NCBI GenBank assembly: GCA_043823435.1
Contig: JBDRAV010000016.1
Span: 1,122 to 65,121 of the forward strand
Direction of reading: 5' to 3'
DNA from: Candidatus Omnitrophota bacterium
GTDB taxonomy: Bacteria; Omnitrophota; Gorgyraeia; Gygaellales; Profunditerraquicolaceae
Length of the DNA stretch: 64,000 nt
Shown here: piece by piece, positions 8,886 through 17,313 of the stretch
Layout: every line of letters starts with the position of its first letter
Numbering within the stretch: the first letter of the stretch is position 1
Program-made: the position numbers and the translations under genes
The notes under the pieces: model-generated
What the model was told of the DNA's origin: nothing
The model's input: the letters and a program-made list of their open reading frames with translations, nothing else
Databases searched by the model: none

Positions 8886-9389
8886 ATGGCGTTTAAAAAG
8901 AAGATTGAAGAGAAGATTTTGGATGTGGATGTAGATATGCAGGGCAATATGGTCTTTAAAGACCCGGTTAACCTGCGTATCAACGGTAAGTTCGAAGGGA
9001 TTTTGCAGATGAGGGGAAACCTTACAATCGCATCAACGGCTGTCGTCTCGGCGGATATTATAGGCGAAAATATTATCATTGACGGTAGGGTCAAAGGCAA
9101 AATAGTGGCAAAGGAGAGGTTGACGCTTTTGCCCGCAGCTGTCGTGGAGGGGGAGATATACCCTTCTAAACTTAATGTTGCGGAAGGCGCGGTGCTGGAG
9201 GGCAGGTGCTGTATGCTTCATGATTTTATGAGTGCCGATGAACTCGCGCATTATTTAGAGGTAGATTTGAATTCGATACTGGAATGGGCAAACTCCGGCA
9301 AAATGCCCGGTTTGAAAGAGGGTAATAACTGGAGGTTTGAAAGGAAGACTATTGATTCTTGGGTTGCCTCGGGTAAAGTAGGAAAATAA
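8886..9389 (+). CDS. Bactofilin-domain protein with a C-terminal excisionase-type helix-turn-helix (HTH_17-like)
   Basis: 167 aa from ATG 8886 (AGGAGG at 8873-8878; the track start 8841 overlaps the MgtC-family gene). Bactofilin beta-helix repeats (INGKFEGIL..GNLTIAST..ADIIGENIIIDGRVKGKIVAKERLTLLPAAVVEGEIYPSKLNVAEGAVLEG). C-terminus is ADELAHYLEVDLNSILEWANSGKMPGLKEGNNWRFERKTIDSWV. Confidence 0.75.
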   Translation: MAFKKKIEEKILDVDVDMQGNMVFKDPVNLRINGKFEGILQMRGNLTIASTAVVSADIIGENIIIDGRVKGKIVAKERLTLLPAAVVEGEIYPSKLNVAEGAVLEGRCCMLHDFMSADELAHYLEVDLNSILEWANSGKMPGLKEGNNWRFERKTIDSWVASGKVGK

Positions 9390-9703
9390 TGACAGAAAAA
9401 CTTTTAACCATAAGGGATGTTTCTCTGACCTTGGGTATTTCCGAGAAAGAGGTGATGGACCTTGTAGAAAATAAGCAACTGGAGGCTTACAGGGTAGGAG
9501 GGGTGTATCTTAGGTTCAAGCAGGAGCAGATAACGGAGTTCAGGAAGTCTTCTAAACCCCTTGCACATAAACACAAAACCGCGGTTTCACATAAGTACGC
9601 CTTAAAAGACTCAATCAGCGATTTCTTCTATTTTAATGATTTCTATATATTAGCTGCTTTGATCATATTGCTTATTCTGGTTATTATATTCCGGGGTTAT
9701 TGA
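9389..9703 (+). CDS. Excisionase-type HTH protein with a C-terminal transmembrane helix
   Basis: 104 aa. LLTIRDVSLTLGISEKEVMDLVENKQLEAYRVGGVYLRFKQEQITEF, followed by the hydrophobic FYILAALIILLILVIIF. The start overlaps the upstream stop (TAATG). Confidence 0.7.
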   Translation: MTEKLLTIRDVSLTLGISEKEVMDLVENKQLEAYRVGGVYLRFKQEQITEFRKSSKPLAHKHKTAVSHKYALKDSISDFFYFNDFYILAALIILLILVIIFRGY

Positions 9704-9745
9704 TCCAGCCGGTAGCCAGCCGCAAAAGAATCTTATAAATACATA

Positions 9746-10411
9746 ATGAATCGTAAACAGAGCTATTGCCATTCGGGATTCGTTAATCTTGATATAGACA
9801 GGAAAGCGCGCCGAGGCCATTCTGAAGTGGTGTATTCACCCGGAAAGACCAAGATACAGCTTAAAGAGATCGCGCGTGAGTTGTTCAGGAATAAACAGGA
9901 CCTATTGTTTACCAGGCTTGAGAAAGACAGCTTTAATTATCTAAAGAAGTCCTTTCCAAAATTAAAATATAATATCCCGGCTAAGTTAGGTTATTTGGCG
10001 AAAAAGAGCAGGATTCAGAAGGGATTGGTCGCGGTTATTTCAGCGGGTACTTCAGATATGCCGGTTGCCGAGGAGGCGTCGGTGACTTTAGAGCTGATGG
10101 GTAACCGGGTAGTCAAATTCTACGATCTTGGCGTCGCCGGAGTGCACAGGCTGATGAATAATATAGGCCTGATAAGGAAGGCAAAGGTAATTATCGTGGT
10201 CGCGGGTATGGAGGGCGCATTGGCCAGTATCGTGAGCGGGCTGGTAAGTTCTCCGGTTATCGCGGTACCTACTAGTTGCGGGTACGGCGCTAATTTTGGC
10301 GGACTCTCGGCTTTATTGACAATGCTTAACTCATGTTCGGCCGGGGTCACTGTGGTAAACATCGATAATGGTTTCGGCGCTGGTTATTTCGCCAGCCTGA
10401 TAAATAAGTAG
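9746..10411 (+). CDS. larB: Nickel-pincer cofactor biosynthesis protein LarB (PurE-like carboxylase/hydrolase)
   Basis: 221 aa. SAGTSDMPVAEEA...VAGMEGALASIVSGLVSSPVIAVPTSCGYGANFGGLSALLTMLNSC..VVNIDNGFGAG matches the LarB family pattern. Confidence 0.88.
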   Translation: MNRKQSYCHSGFVNLDIDRKARRGHSEVVYSPGKTKIQLKEIARELFRNKQDLLFTRLEKDSFNYLKKSFPKLKYNIPAKLGYLAKKSRIQKGLVAVISAGTSDMPVAEEASVTLELMGNRVVKFYDLGVAGVHRLMNNIGLIRKAKVIIVVAGMEGALASIVSGLVSSPVIAVPTSCGYGANFGGLSALLTMLNSCSAGVTVVNIDNGFGAGYFASLINK

Positions 10412-10412
10412 T

Positions 10413-10440
10413 TAGTAGATAGCAGATAGTAGTTAGGGTG
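10413..10440 (+). repeat. 4 x 7-nt tandem array forming the larB-FmdE spacer
   Basis: TAGTAGA TAGCAGA TAGTAGT TAGGGTG. The last unit carries the GTG at 10438. Confidence 0.7.
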
Positions 10441-10863
10441 ATGAGAAATAATAAAATTACTTTAAAGGAAGCAGAAAGATTCCACGGCCATTTGGGTCCC
10501 TATCTGGTCTTGGGGCTTTTAGCAGGAGAAATGGCACTCAAAAAACTTGGTTGCAGAAAATACTTTGGTTTAAATGCTAGAATTTGGGGGGCTGTTAGAA
10601 AACCAAAGTCTTGTCTTATCGATGGACTGCAATTGTCTGCCGGAACAACCTATGGAAAAGGAAATATTGTGAAATTAAACGGTTCAGGGATCAAAATAGA
10701 ATTTTGCAATAGCGTAAATCATAGAACGGTTGCTTTAAGCCTAAAGGATAATATTATCCGAATGTTAGATAATGCAGAAAGTCATAAAGAATCGGAAATT
10801 TTGGCAAAGGAATTATATAAAACAAAGTGGGATAATGTTTTTAACTTAACCACTAATTACTAA
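10438..10863 (+). CDS. FmdE-domain protein (formylmethanofuran dehydrogenase subunit E-like)
   Basis: 141 aa. The FHGHLGPYLVLGL motif is characteristic of the FmdE domain. Start is GTG 10438 or ATG 10441. Confidence 0.7.
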   Translation: MMRNNKITLKEAERFHGHLGPYLVLGLLAGEMALKKLGCRKYFGLNARIWGAVRKPKSCLIDGLQLSAGTTYGKGNIVKLNGSGIKIEFCNSVNHRTVALSLKDNIIRMLDNAESHKESEILAKELYKTKWDNVFNLTTNY

Positions 10864-10885
10864 CTGCTATAACCTGGAGTTTAAT

Positions 10886-12214
10886 ATGGGGTTTTCTGGT
10901 CTGGATATCTATAAACTTTTACCTAAGACTAACTGCCGTGAGTGCGGTTTTGTAACCTGCCTGGCTTTTGCCATGCAATTAGCTAAAAAAGCGGTAAGTA
11001 TCGATAAATGCCCTTACCTAAGCGCTGAAGCCAAGAGCGCGCTTGAAGCTTCTGCGCAGCCACCCATAAAATTAGTTACCTTAGGCGAAGGGGATAACCG
11101 GTTAGAGATGGGTAATGAGACCGTTCTCTTCCGCCACGAAGAAAAATTCTATCATCCGGCCGGGCTGGGTTTTATCATTGAAGATAGCTTATCGCCCGAT
11201 GAGATAAAAAAGCGGCTGGAGAGGATTGGCCAGTTGAAATTTGAGCGCGTAGGCCAGGAGCTGAATGTCAACGCTGTAGCCGTTAAACAGACCGCAGATA
11301 AGAAAAAATTTATTGAGGTGGTCCAGGCAGTTATAAACAATACGCATCTGGCATTGATATTGATGAGCGATGAACCGCAGGCATTAAAAGAAGCATTAAA
11401 TATATCTGCTGCAAAGAAGCCTTTGATTTACCGCTCCACGAAAGATAATGCTGCGGAGTTCATCAAATTAGCGCAGGAGTTCAAGGTACCGCTTGTTGCT
11501 TCAGCCGCGGACTTAGAAACCCTTTCTAACCTAACCAAAGAATTAAACGGCCAGGGAGTAAGTGATTTAGTTTTGGATACAGGTGCGAAGCCGGTCAAAG
11601 ATAAGATTTGGGATTTGACTCAGATTAGGAGGCAGGCGCTTAAGAAATCTAACCGCGGCCTCGGGTATCCTGTTTTGGCAATAATAGATTCCAAGGACCC
11701 TTACGAGGAAGCGATGGAGGCCGCGACCTATATTTCGAAATATGCCAGCATTGTTTTAATGTCGGGCATTGAATCATGGCAGGTGTTGACACTTTTGACT
11801 CTTAGGCAGAATATATATACGGACCCGCAGAAACCTTTACAGATAGAACCGAAGCTTTATCCTGTGGGGGCCGTAACCAAGAATTCGCCTGTATTGGTGA
11901 CCACTAATTTTTCACTGACTTATTATACCGTATTAGGAGAAGTGGAGGCGAGCAAGATTCCCGCTTACATTGTAAGCGTGGATACCGAGGGTATGTCTGT
12001 ATTAACTGGCTGGGCAGCTGAGAAATTTACCCCTGAGAAAATATCAGATTCATTGAATAAGTTTGGGCTTAAAGAAGCGGTTTCGCATACCCGGATGATT
12101 ATCCCGGGGTATGTAGCGGTAATCAGCGGAGATCTGGAGGATAAATCCGGATGGCAGGTAATGGTAGGCCCGAAAGAAGCAGCAGGCATCCCTTCGTTCT
12201 TAAAGAACTTATAG
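10886..12214 (+). CDS. acsC: Corrinoid iron-sulfur protein large subunit (acetyl-CoA decarbonylase/synthase gamma, AcsC/CdhE)
   Basis: 442 aa. N-terminal 4Fe-4S cysteine motif TNCRECGFVTCLAFAMQLAKKAVSIDKCPYL. Size and context (RACo, cooC, acsD, acsE downstream). Confidence 0.9.
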   Translation: MGFSGLDIYKLLPKTNCRECGFVTCLAFAMQLAKKAVSIDKCPYLSAEAKSALEASAQPPIKLVTLGEGDNRLEMGNETVLFRHEEKFYHPAGLGFIIEDSLSPDEIKKRLERIGQLKFERVGQELNVNAVAVKQTADKKKFIEVVQAVINNTHLALILMSDEPQALKEALNISAAKKPLIYRSTKDNAAEFIKLAQEFKVPLVASAADLETLSNLTKELNGQGVSDLVLDTGAKPVKDKIWDLTQIRRQALKKSNRGLGYPVLAIIDSKDPYEEAMEAATYISKYASIVLMSGIESWQVLTLLTLRQNIYTDPQKPLQIEPKLYPVGAVTKNSPVLVTTNFSLTYYTVLGEVEASKIPAYIVSVDTEGMSVLTGWAAEKFTPEKISDSLNKFGLKEAVSHTRMIIPGYVAVISGDLEDKSGWQVMVGPKEAAGIPSFLKNL

Positions 12215-12394
12215 GGGCGTCTTTATTATTAAAACAGAGATGATTCTAATCCAAAGCAGGGACGACTTTGTTGCCAAAGAAAAGGGTGTCCCTTTTAAGA
12301 TTTTATTTTTAGGGGACACCTTTCGGATTGACAGAAGAAACGGCTTTCCTTTTAGATTCAAAGGCGTCCCCCGATTGAATTTAAAGACGTCCCT
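12213..12394 (+). repeat. AGGGAC...GTCCCT-bounded composite element, copy R1 (182 nt)
   Basis: AGGGGCGTCTTTA (12213-12225, overlapping the acsC TAG stop), GGGACGACTTT (12259-12269), AAAGGGTGTCCC (12281-12292), GGGGACACCTTT (12312-12323), AAAGGCGTCCCC (12360-12371), TAAAGACGTCCCT (12382-12394). The boxes can pair as three nested helices. Confidence 0.8.
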
Positions 12395-12410
12395 AAAATA
12401 AGCAAGAGAG

Positions 12411-14336
12411 ATGGAAAAATTAAAAGTTACATTTTATCCGGATAATAAAACCATAGAAGTAGATAAGGGTAAGACTATCCTTTCTGCGGCCATTTCCGCG
12501 GGGGTTTATGTTAATTCCGGTTGTGGCGGTGATGGCGTATGCGGAAGATGCAAGGTTATTTTAAAGAATGGCCAGGTTGTCACCCATCCCAGCGGTAGGA
12601 TAAGTCTCCAAGAGAGAAAACGGGGGATTTATCTGGCTTGCCTGACGACTATACAAAGCGATTTAGAAGTAGTAATTCCTCCCGAGTCGCGGCTCGACTT
12701 AGAAAAATTAAGCCCGGAGGAAATGGACATCAGGCTAAAAGGCCTCTATACGGAATCGGAAGACGTAGAATCAGCGGTATCTATTTTGGGCGAAGAAATT
12801 TTTACGCACTCGCCTTTAGCAACAAAGCTCTATTTGGAATTACCGCCTCCGGACTTAGAAGATAAAATCAGCGATTTGGAAAGGCTCTACCGGCAGATAC
12901 GGCGCATCCAGGATATCCCGATTATGCAGACAGGATTGAGTAATGTCAGGCGTTTAGGCGAAGTTCTGCGCTCTGCGGATTGGAAGGTCACCGTAACCTT
13001 GGGCAAGAGAAACGGGACAGCCGAAATTGTGCTTATTGAATCAGGAGATACTTCCAAAAAGAACTTTGGCCTGTGTTTTGATATAGGCACCACAACCATA
13101 TCCGGGCAGTTAGTAGACTTAAACAATAAAAAGGTCATCGGCACAAAAGCCACCTACAATAAGCAGGCTACATTCGGAAGCGACATTATCACCCGCATTA
13201 TTTATGCGCAGGAACCGGATGGCCTGGAGAAGCTGCATCATGCCGTAATTGACGGGATGAACCAGATGATTCAGGAATTAATCCGCGAAAACAATATAGA
13301 TTTAAATGACGTCAACTGTGTCTTGTGCGCAGGCAACACTACTATGGTGCACCTTTTATTGCGTGTTGACCCTACCTATATCAGGAGAGAACCCTATGTG
13401 CCTACGGCTAATTTTGTTCCGACTATCCGCGCTGCGGAGGCGGGGATAAAGATAAATCCCCGCGGCCTTTTATCCTGTATTCCAGGGATCTCCAGTTATG
13501 TAGGCGGGGATGTTACAGCGGGAGTTTTATCCTGCGGCTTGGACAGTATAGAGGATTTAAGTATCCTGATTGACATCGGCACCAACGGCGAAATAGTCTT
13601 GGGTAGCCGGGATTTTCTCATTTCGGCTTCTGCGTCTGCCGGGCCTGCCTTTGAAGGTTCGGGCGTAAGTTGTGGCATGCGTTCCAGCCGCGGCGCAATC
13701 CAGAAAGTCAAGATTACGCCCGAAGATTTTAAGGTTACTTATAGTACTATCGGCGAAGCCAAGCCGCGCGGCATATGCGGTTCAGGTTACATTGATATTA
13801 TTGCCCAGATGCTTAAGGCAAACTTATTGGATAAGAACGGCAAGATAAAATCGCTTAAGCATGAACGTATCCGCGAAGGAGAAGGCGGAAAGGAATTTGT
13901 AGTTGTGTTTAAGGACGAATCCGAGGCAAGTTTGGATATTGTTATCACTGAAGCAGACATTGAGAATATCAAGCGGGCAAAGGCCGCGATTTATTCTGCT
14001 GCCGCCGCTTTAGTCAAGCATATGGATTTGGATTTCTCTAAGATAAAAAAGATTTTTGTCGCCGGAGGATTTGGTACGTCTATTAATATAGATAGCGCCG
14101 TAGTCATAGGATTATTGCCGGATCTAGAAAGATCTAGATTTATTTTTGTAGGTAATAGTTCTCTGGCTGGAGCGCGCCAGGCACTTTTGTCTTACGATGC
14201 CATTAAGAAGACAGACGAAATCGCCAAAAAGATAACTTATTTTGAATTATCCGTAGAGCCAGGATATATGGACGAATATATGGCAGCGTTATTCTTTCCT
14301 CATACGGATTTGTCGAAATTTCCGAGCGTAAAATAA
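12411..14336 (+). CDS. Corrinoid activation/regeneration protein (RACo/AcsV type: 2Fe-2S ferredoxin domain plus ASKHA ATPase)
   Basis: 641 aa. N-terminal plant-type ferredoxin motif CGGDGVCGRCKV. ASKHA-like DIGTTT / DIGTNGE motifs. Occupies the position of orf7/RACo in acs clusters. Confidence 0.88.
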   Translation: MEKLKVTFYPDNKTIEVDKGKTILSAAISAGVYVNSGCGGDGVCGRCKVILKNGQVVTHPSGRISLQERKRGIYLACLTTIQSDLEVVIPPESRLDLEKLSPEEMDIRLKGLYTESEDVESAVSILGEEIFTHSPLATKLYLELPPPDLEDKISDLERLYRQIRRIQDIPIMQTGLSNVRRLGEVLRSADWKVTVTLGKRNGTAEIVLIESGDTSKKNFGLCFDIGTTTISGQLVDLNNKKVIGTKATYNKQATFGSDIITRIIYAQEPDGLEKLHHAVIDGMNQMIQELIRENNIDLNDVNCVLCAGNTTMVHLLLRVDPTYIRREPYVPTANFVPTIRAAEAGIKINPRGLLSCIPGISSYVGGDVTAGVLSCGLDSIEDLSILIDIGTNGEIVLGSRDFLISASASAGPAFEGSGVSCGMRSSRGAIQKVKITPEDFKVTYSTIGEAKPRGICGSGYIDIIAQMLKANLLDKNGKIKSLKHERIREGEGGKEFVVVFKDESEASLDIVITEADIENIKRAKAAIYSAAAALVKHMDLDFSKIKKIFVAGGFGTSINIDSAVVIGLLPDLERSRFIFVGNSSLAGARQALLSYDAIKKTDEIAKKITYFELSVEPGYMDEYMAALFFPHTDLSKFPSVK

Positions 14337-14339
14337 AAG

Positions 14340-15092
14340 ATGGGTTATACCATTGCAATAGCAGGTAAGGGCGGTACGGGTAAGACTACCACTGCCGCGC
14401 TTATAGTGAGGTTACTTAAAGAGAAGAGGGTACGTTCAATATTGGCAGTAGATGCTGACCCGAACAATAATTTAGCAGAGGTTCTCGGAGCAGAAATAAA
14501 AGAGACAGTCGGTTCTATATTGGATGATGTCTGCCAGCATCCGGAGAATATCCCCTCCGGCATGTCCAAAGATATGTTCATTGAATACCAGATCCAGACC
14601 TCTATAACCGAAGGGGATGGTTTTGATATCTTGGCAATGGGCAGGCCGGAAGGCCCAGGATGTTATTGCTATGTGAATAACCTCTTAAGGAATATGATCG
14701 GTAAACTGATCAAAGATTATGATTATGTCGTAATTGATAACGAAGCGGGCCTGGAACATCTCTCTCGGCGCACAACCCGTGCCTGCGATGCGCTGGTTAT
14801 CATTTCAGATACAACAGCCGTAGGGTTAAAGTCAGCTGAGAGGATAAGCGGTTTAGTCAGGGAGTTGAATATTAAGGTCGGTAAAACTCTCTTGCTTATA
14901 AATTCTTCTGATAAGGCCCCGAAGATAGATTGGATAGAGAAAGCGGGAGTGGATTATATAGGTAATATGCCGAGAGATCCTGGGATAACTGAAATAAGCT
15001 TAAACGGCAGTTCGCTTATGGCGCTTAAGGATGACGCGGTAAGCCTTGCTGCTTTACGCACAATAGGAGATAATCTATGGCGCAGGAATTAA
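14340..15092 (+). CDS. cooC: CooC/AcsF-type nickel-insertion ATPase
   Basis: 250 aa. P-loop IAIAGKGGTGKTT, CxC motif GPGCYCY typical of CooC-family maturation ATPases. Confidence 0.88.
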   Translation: MGYTIAIAGKGGTGKTTTAALIVRLLKEKRVRSILAVDADPNNNLAEVLGAEIKETVGSILDDVCQHPENIPSGMSKDMFIEYQIQTSITEGDGFDILAMGRPEGPGCYCYVNNLLRNMIGKLIKDYDYVVIDNEAGLEHLSRRTTRACDALVIISDTTAVGLKSAERISGLVRELNIKVGKTLLLINSSDKAPKIDWIEKAGVDYIGNMPRDPGITEISLNGSSLMALKDDAVSLAALRTIGDNLWRRN

Positions 15093-16048
15093 TGTTGGAG
15101 AAGTGGTCAGGTGCTGTATCCGTTGTAAATATCGGCGCAACCAAGGAAGAGGGTGGAACGCGCTCCAGGGTTGTCCGGATAGGAGGTCAGGCGACACTAC
15201 CTTTCTTATTTCAGGAAGGAGCGATACCCAATAAGCCCGTAATTGCCTTTGAAATCTGGGATTTTGCGCCCGGAGATTGGCCACAGGGATTAAATAAAGC
15301 TTATGCCGGTGTTTTTGATGATCCGCTTGTATGGGCTGAAGAATGCGTTAAAAAACATAAGGCAGAATTGCTCTGCGTAAAATTACAGGGAGCGCATCCG
15401 GACTTCGGCAATAAATCTGCCGATGAAGAAACTAAATTCATCAGCGAGTTATTAAAAAAGGTAGATGTGCCTTTGATAATTTTAGGATGCGGAGATGATG
15501 ATAAGGATAACCTGGTTATTCCTGCGTGCTGTGAAGCTGCCAAAGGAGAGCGGTGCCTTGTAGGCAGCGCTGTACAGGATAACTATAAGACTATGACCGC
15601 AGCGGCTCTGGCCGACGGACATAACATAGTAGCGGAATCCCCGATCGATATAAATATCGCCAAGCAGCTAAATATCCTGATTTCCGATATGGGCTTACCC
15701 TTAGAGCGCATCGTTATTAACTCTACAATAGGCGCGCTGGGTTACGGATTGGAATACGCATATTCTATAATGGAGCGCGCAAGGCTGGCAGCTCTTTCCG
15801 GAGATAAAATGATGGCGTGCCCTTTTATCTGCCTCGTGGGCCAGGAGGCATGGCGGGCAAAAGAGGCAAAGGCCTCGGCAAACGAATTCCCTTCCTGGGG
15901 CCCAGAGTCAGAGCGCGGTATAGCCTGGGAGGCTATTACCGCCACAGCCTTGATTCAGGCCGGAGGCGATATTTTAGTAATGCGGCATCCCAAGGCTATA
16001 GAGAAAGTAAATAACTATATAGATAATTTGACAAGTATTAACGCATAG
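15077..16048 (+). CDS. acsD: Corrinoid iron-sulfur protein small subunit (acetyl-CoA decarbonylase/synthase delta, AcsD/CdhD)
   Basis: 323 aa. Size and position between cooC/acsF and acsE. TIM-barrel-like CdhD pattern (assignment rests mainly on context and overall resemblance). Confidence 0.8.
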   Translation: MAQELMLEKWSGAVSVVNIGATKEEGGTRSRVVRIGGQATLPFLFQEGAIPNKPVIAFEIWDFAPGDWPQGLNKAYAGVFDDPLVWAEECVKKHKAELLCVKLQGAHPDFGNKSADEETKFISELLKKVDVPLIILGCGDDDKDNLVIPACCEAAKGERCLVGSAVQDNYKTMTAAALADGHNIVAESPIDINIAKQLNILISDMGLPLERIVINSTIGALGYGLEYAYSIMERARLAALSGDKMMACPFICLVGQEAWRAKEAKASANEFPSWGPESERGIAWEAITATALIQAGGDILVMRHPKAIEKVNNYIDNLTSINA

Positions 16049-16120
16049 CGTAGAGCGTTTAGTTCTACTATACGCTAACCGCTACCCCTGCCTGCCGGCA
16101 GGCAGCGCTAAACGCTAAAG
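16046..16120. repeat. acsD-acsE spacer built from heptamer words plus an 18-nt perfect palindrome
   Basis: TAGCGTA GAGCGTT TAGTTCT (16046-16066), the perfect palindrome CTGCCTGCCGGCAGGCAG (16088-16105), and CGCTAAA CGCTAAA (16106-16119). The 14-mer ATAGCGTAGAGCGT and the word CGCTAAACGCTAAA recur at 32998-33061. Confidence 0.8.
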
Positions 16121-16136
16121 ACTGGAGCTTAAGGAT

Positions 16137-16925
16137 ATGTTTATAATCGGTGAACTTGTAAACGGGATGTACAAAAATATAGGCCAGGCGATAAAAGATA
16201 AGGATAAGGCCGTTATACAAAAATGCGCCCTTGACCAGATTAAGGCGGGCGCGGACGCCTTGGATGTTAATTGCGGGCCAGCATCGCGTAAACCCGCTGA
16301 AGATATCCAATGGTTAGTTCAGGCAATACAGGAGGTAACCGATAAGCCTATAGCCTTGGATTCGAGCAAGCTGCAGGTTATTGAATCGGGCTTAGAGGTA
16401 ATAAAAAACAAGACAATTATAAATTCCACCACTGCTGATCCGGAAAAATTAGAGGTACTGGTGCCTCTGGCAAAGAAATATAATTGTAAGCTTATTGGTC
16501 TGACCATCAGCGCAAAGGGTATCCCCCAGAATAAGGACCAGCGGTTAGAATTAGCAGCAATCATTGTTTCCGCTTGCGCTGAACATGGGTTTCCTGTCGA
16601 GGACCTGTATCTTGACCCGATAGTTATGCCGGTGAATGTGGCACAGGCGCAGATGAAGGACATCCTAGAAACTATCCATGAATTTAAGATTATTTCCGAT
16701 CCTGCCCCCAAAAGCATAGTTGGGTTAAGTAATGTGTCGCAGGGGACATGCGTACGCAGCCTGGTGAACCGCATATTCCTGACTATGGCAGTGGCTTTTG
16801 GGCTGGACGCTGCTATATTTGATCCGTTAGACAAAGAGCTGCTGGATGCAGCGATTACCGCGGAATTGATTTTAAATAAACAGATATACTGCGACTCTTT
16901 TTTGGATTCATATAGGAAGAAATAA
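16137..16925 (+). CDS. acsE: Methyltetrahydrofolate:corrinoid/iron-sulfur protein methyltransferase (pterin-binding domain)
   Basis: 262 aa. Pterin-binding (DHPS-like) barrel pattern GADALDVN...INS...GLSNVS. Terminal position of the acs cluster. Confidence 0.87.
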   Translation: MFIIGELVNGMYKNIGQAIKDKDKAVIQKCALDQIKAGADALDVNCGPASRKPAEDIQWLVQAIQEVTDKPIALDSSKLQVIESGLEVIKNKTIINSTTADPEKLEVLVPLAKKYNCKLIGLTISAKGIPQNKDQRLELAAIIVSACAEHGFPVEDLYLDPIVMPVNVAQAQMKDILETIHEFKIISDPAPKSIVGLSNVSQGTCVRSLVNRIFLTMAVAFGLDAAIFDPLDKELLDAAITAELILNKQIYCDSFLDSYRKK

Positions 16926-16926
16926 A

Positions 16927-17313
16927 ATGGCGCGTATAAAAATCTTTAGAGATCTTTTTAAATTCCGCGGTTTTCTGGAAAGCCTGAAGCTTGCGGTGAA
17001 GGGTATCGTCTATTTATTCCTATACCACCGTAATATGCGGATAATATTCATGTTAGGCGTTGCCGCCATCTTGTTGGGTTTCTATTTTAACCTTAAGGGT
17101 ATTGAATTAGTGGCCTTGAGCATAACTATTACCCTGGTATTCGTGGCGGAGATATTTAATACTGCCATTGAAATTATGGTGGATATGTTCAAAAAAGAAT
17201 ACAATACCCAGATCAAATTGGTTAAAGATATCGCTGCGGCTGTAGTTGTGCTTACTTCATTGAATGCCGCAGCTGTAGGCTATATTCTTTTTGTACGAAA
17301 GATTTTTAAATAG
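16927..17313 (+). CDS. dgkA: Diacylglycerol/undecaprenol kinase family membrane protein
   Basis: 128 aa, three hydrophobic helices, conserved EIFNTAIE motif. Confidence 0.85.
   Translation: MARIKIFRDLFKFRGFLESLKLAVKGIVYLFLYHRNMRIIFMLGVAAILLGFYFNLKGIELVALSITITLVFVAEIFNTAIEIMVDMFKKEYNTQIKLVKDIAAAVVVLTSLNAAAVGYILFVRKIFK

Noticed and set aside
12375-12399. An outward-facing promoter inside the element's right end (TTGAAT ... TAAAAT; similarly TTGATT ... TAAGAA at 35079-35103)
   Set aside because: The spacer is only 12-13 nt, too short for a sigma-70 promoter.
12215-12410. A cobalamin riboswitch in the acsC-RACo spacer, plausible given the corrinoid context
   Set aside because: I found no B12-box-like core. 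The sequence is fully accounted for by the repeat element.
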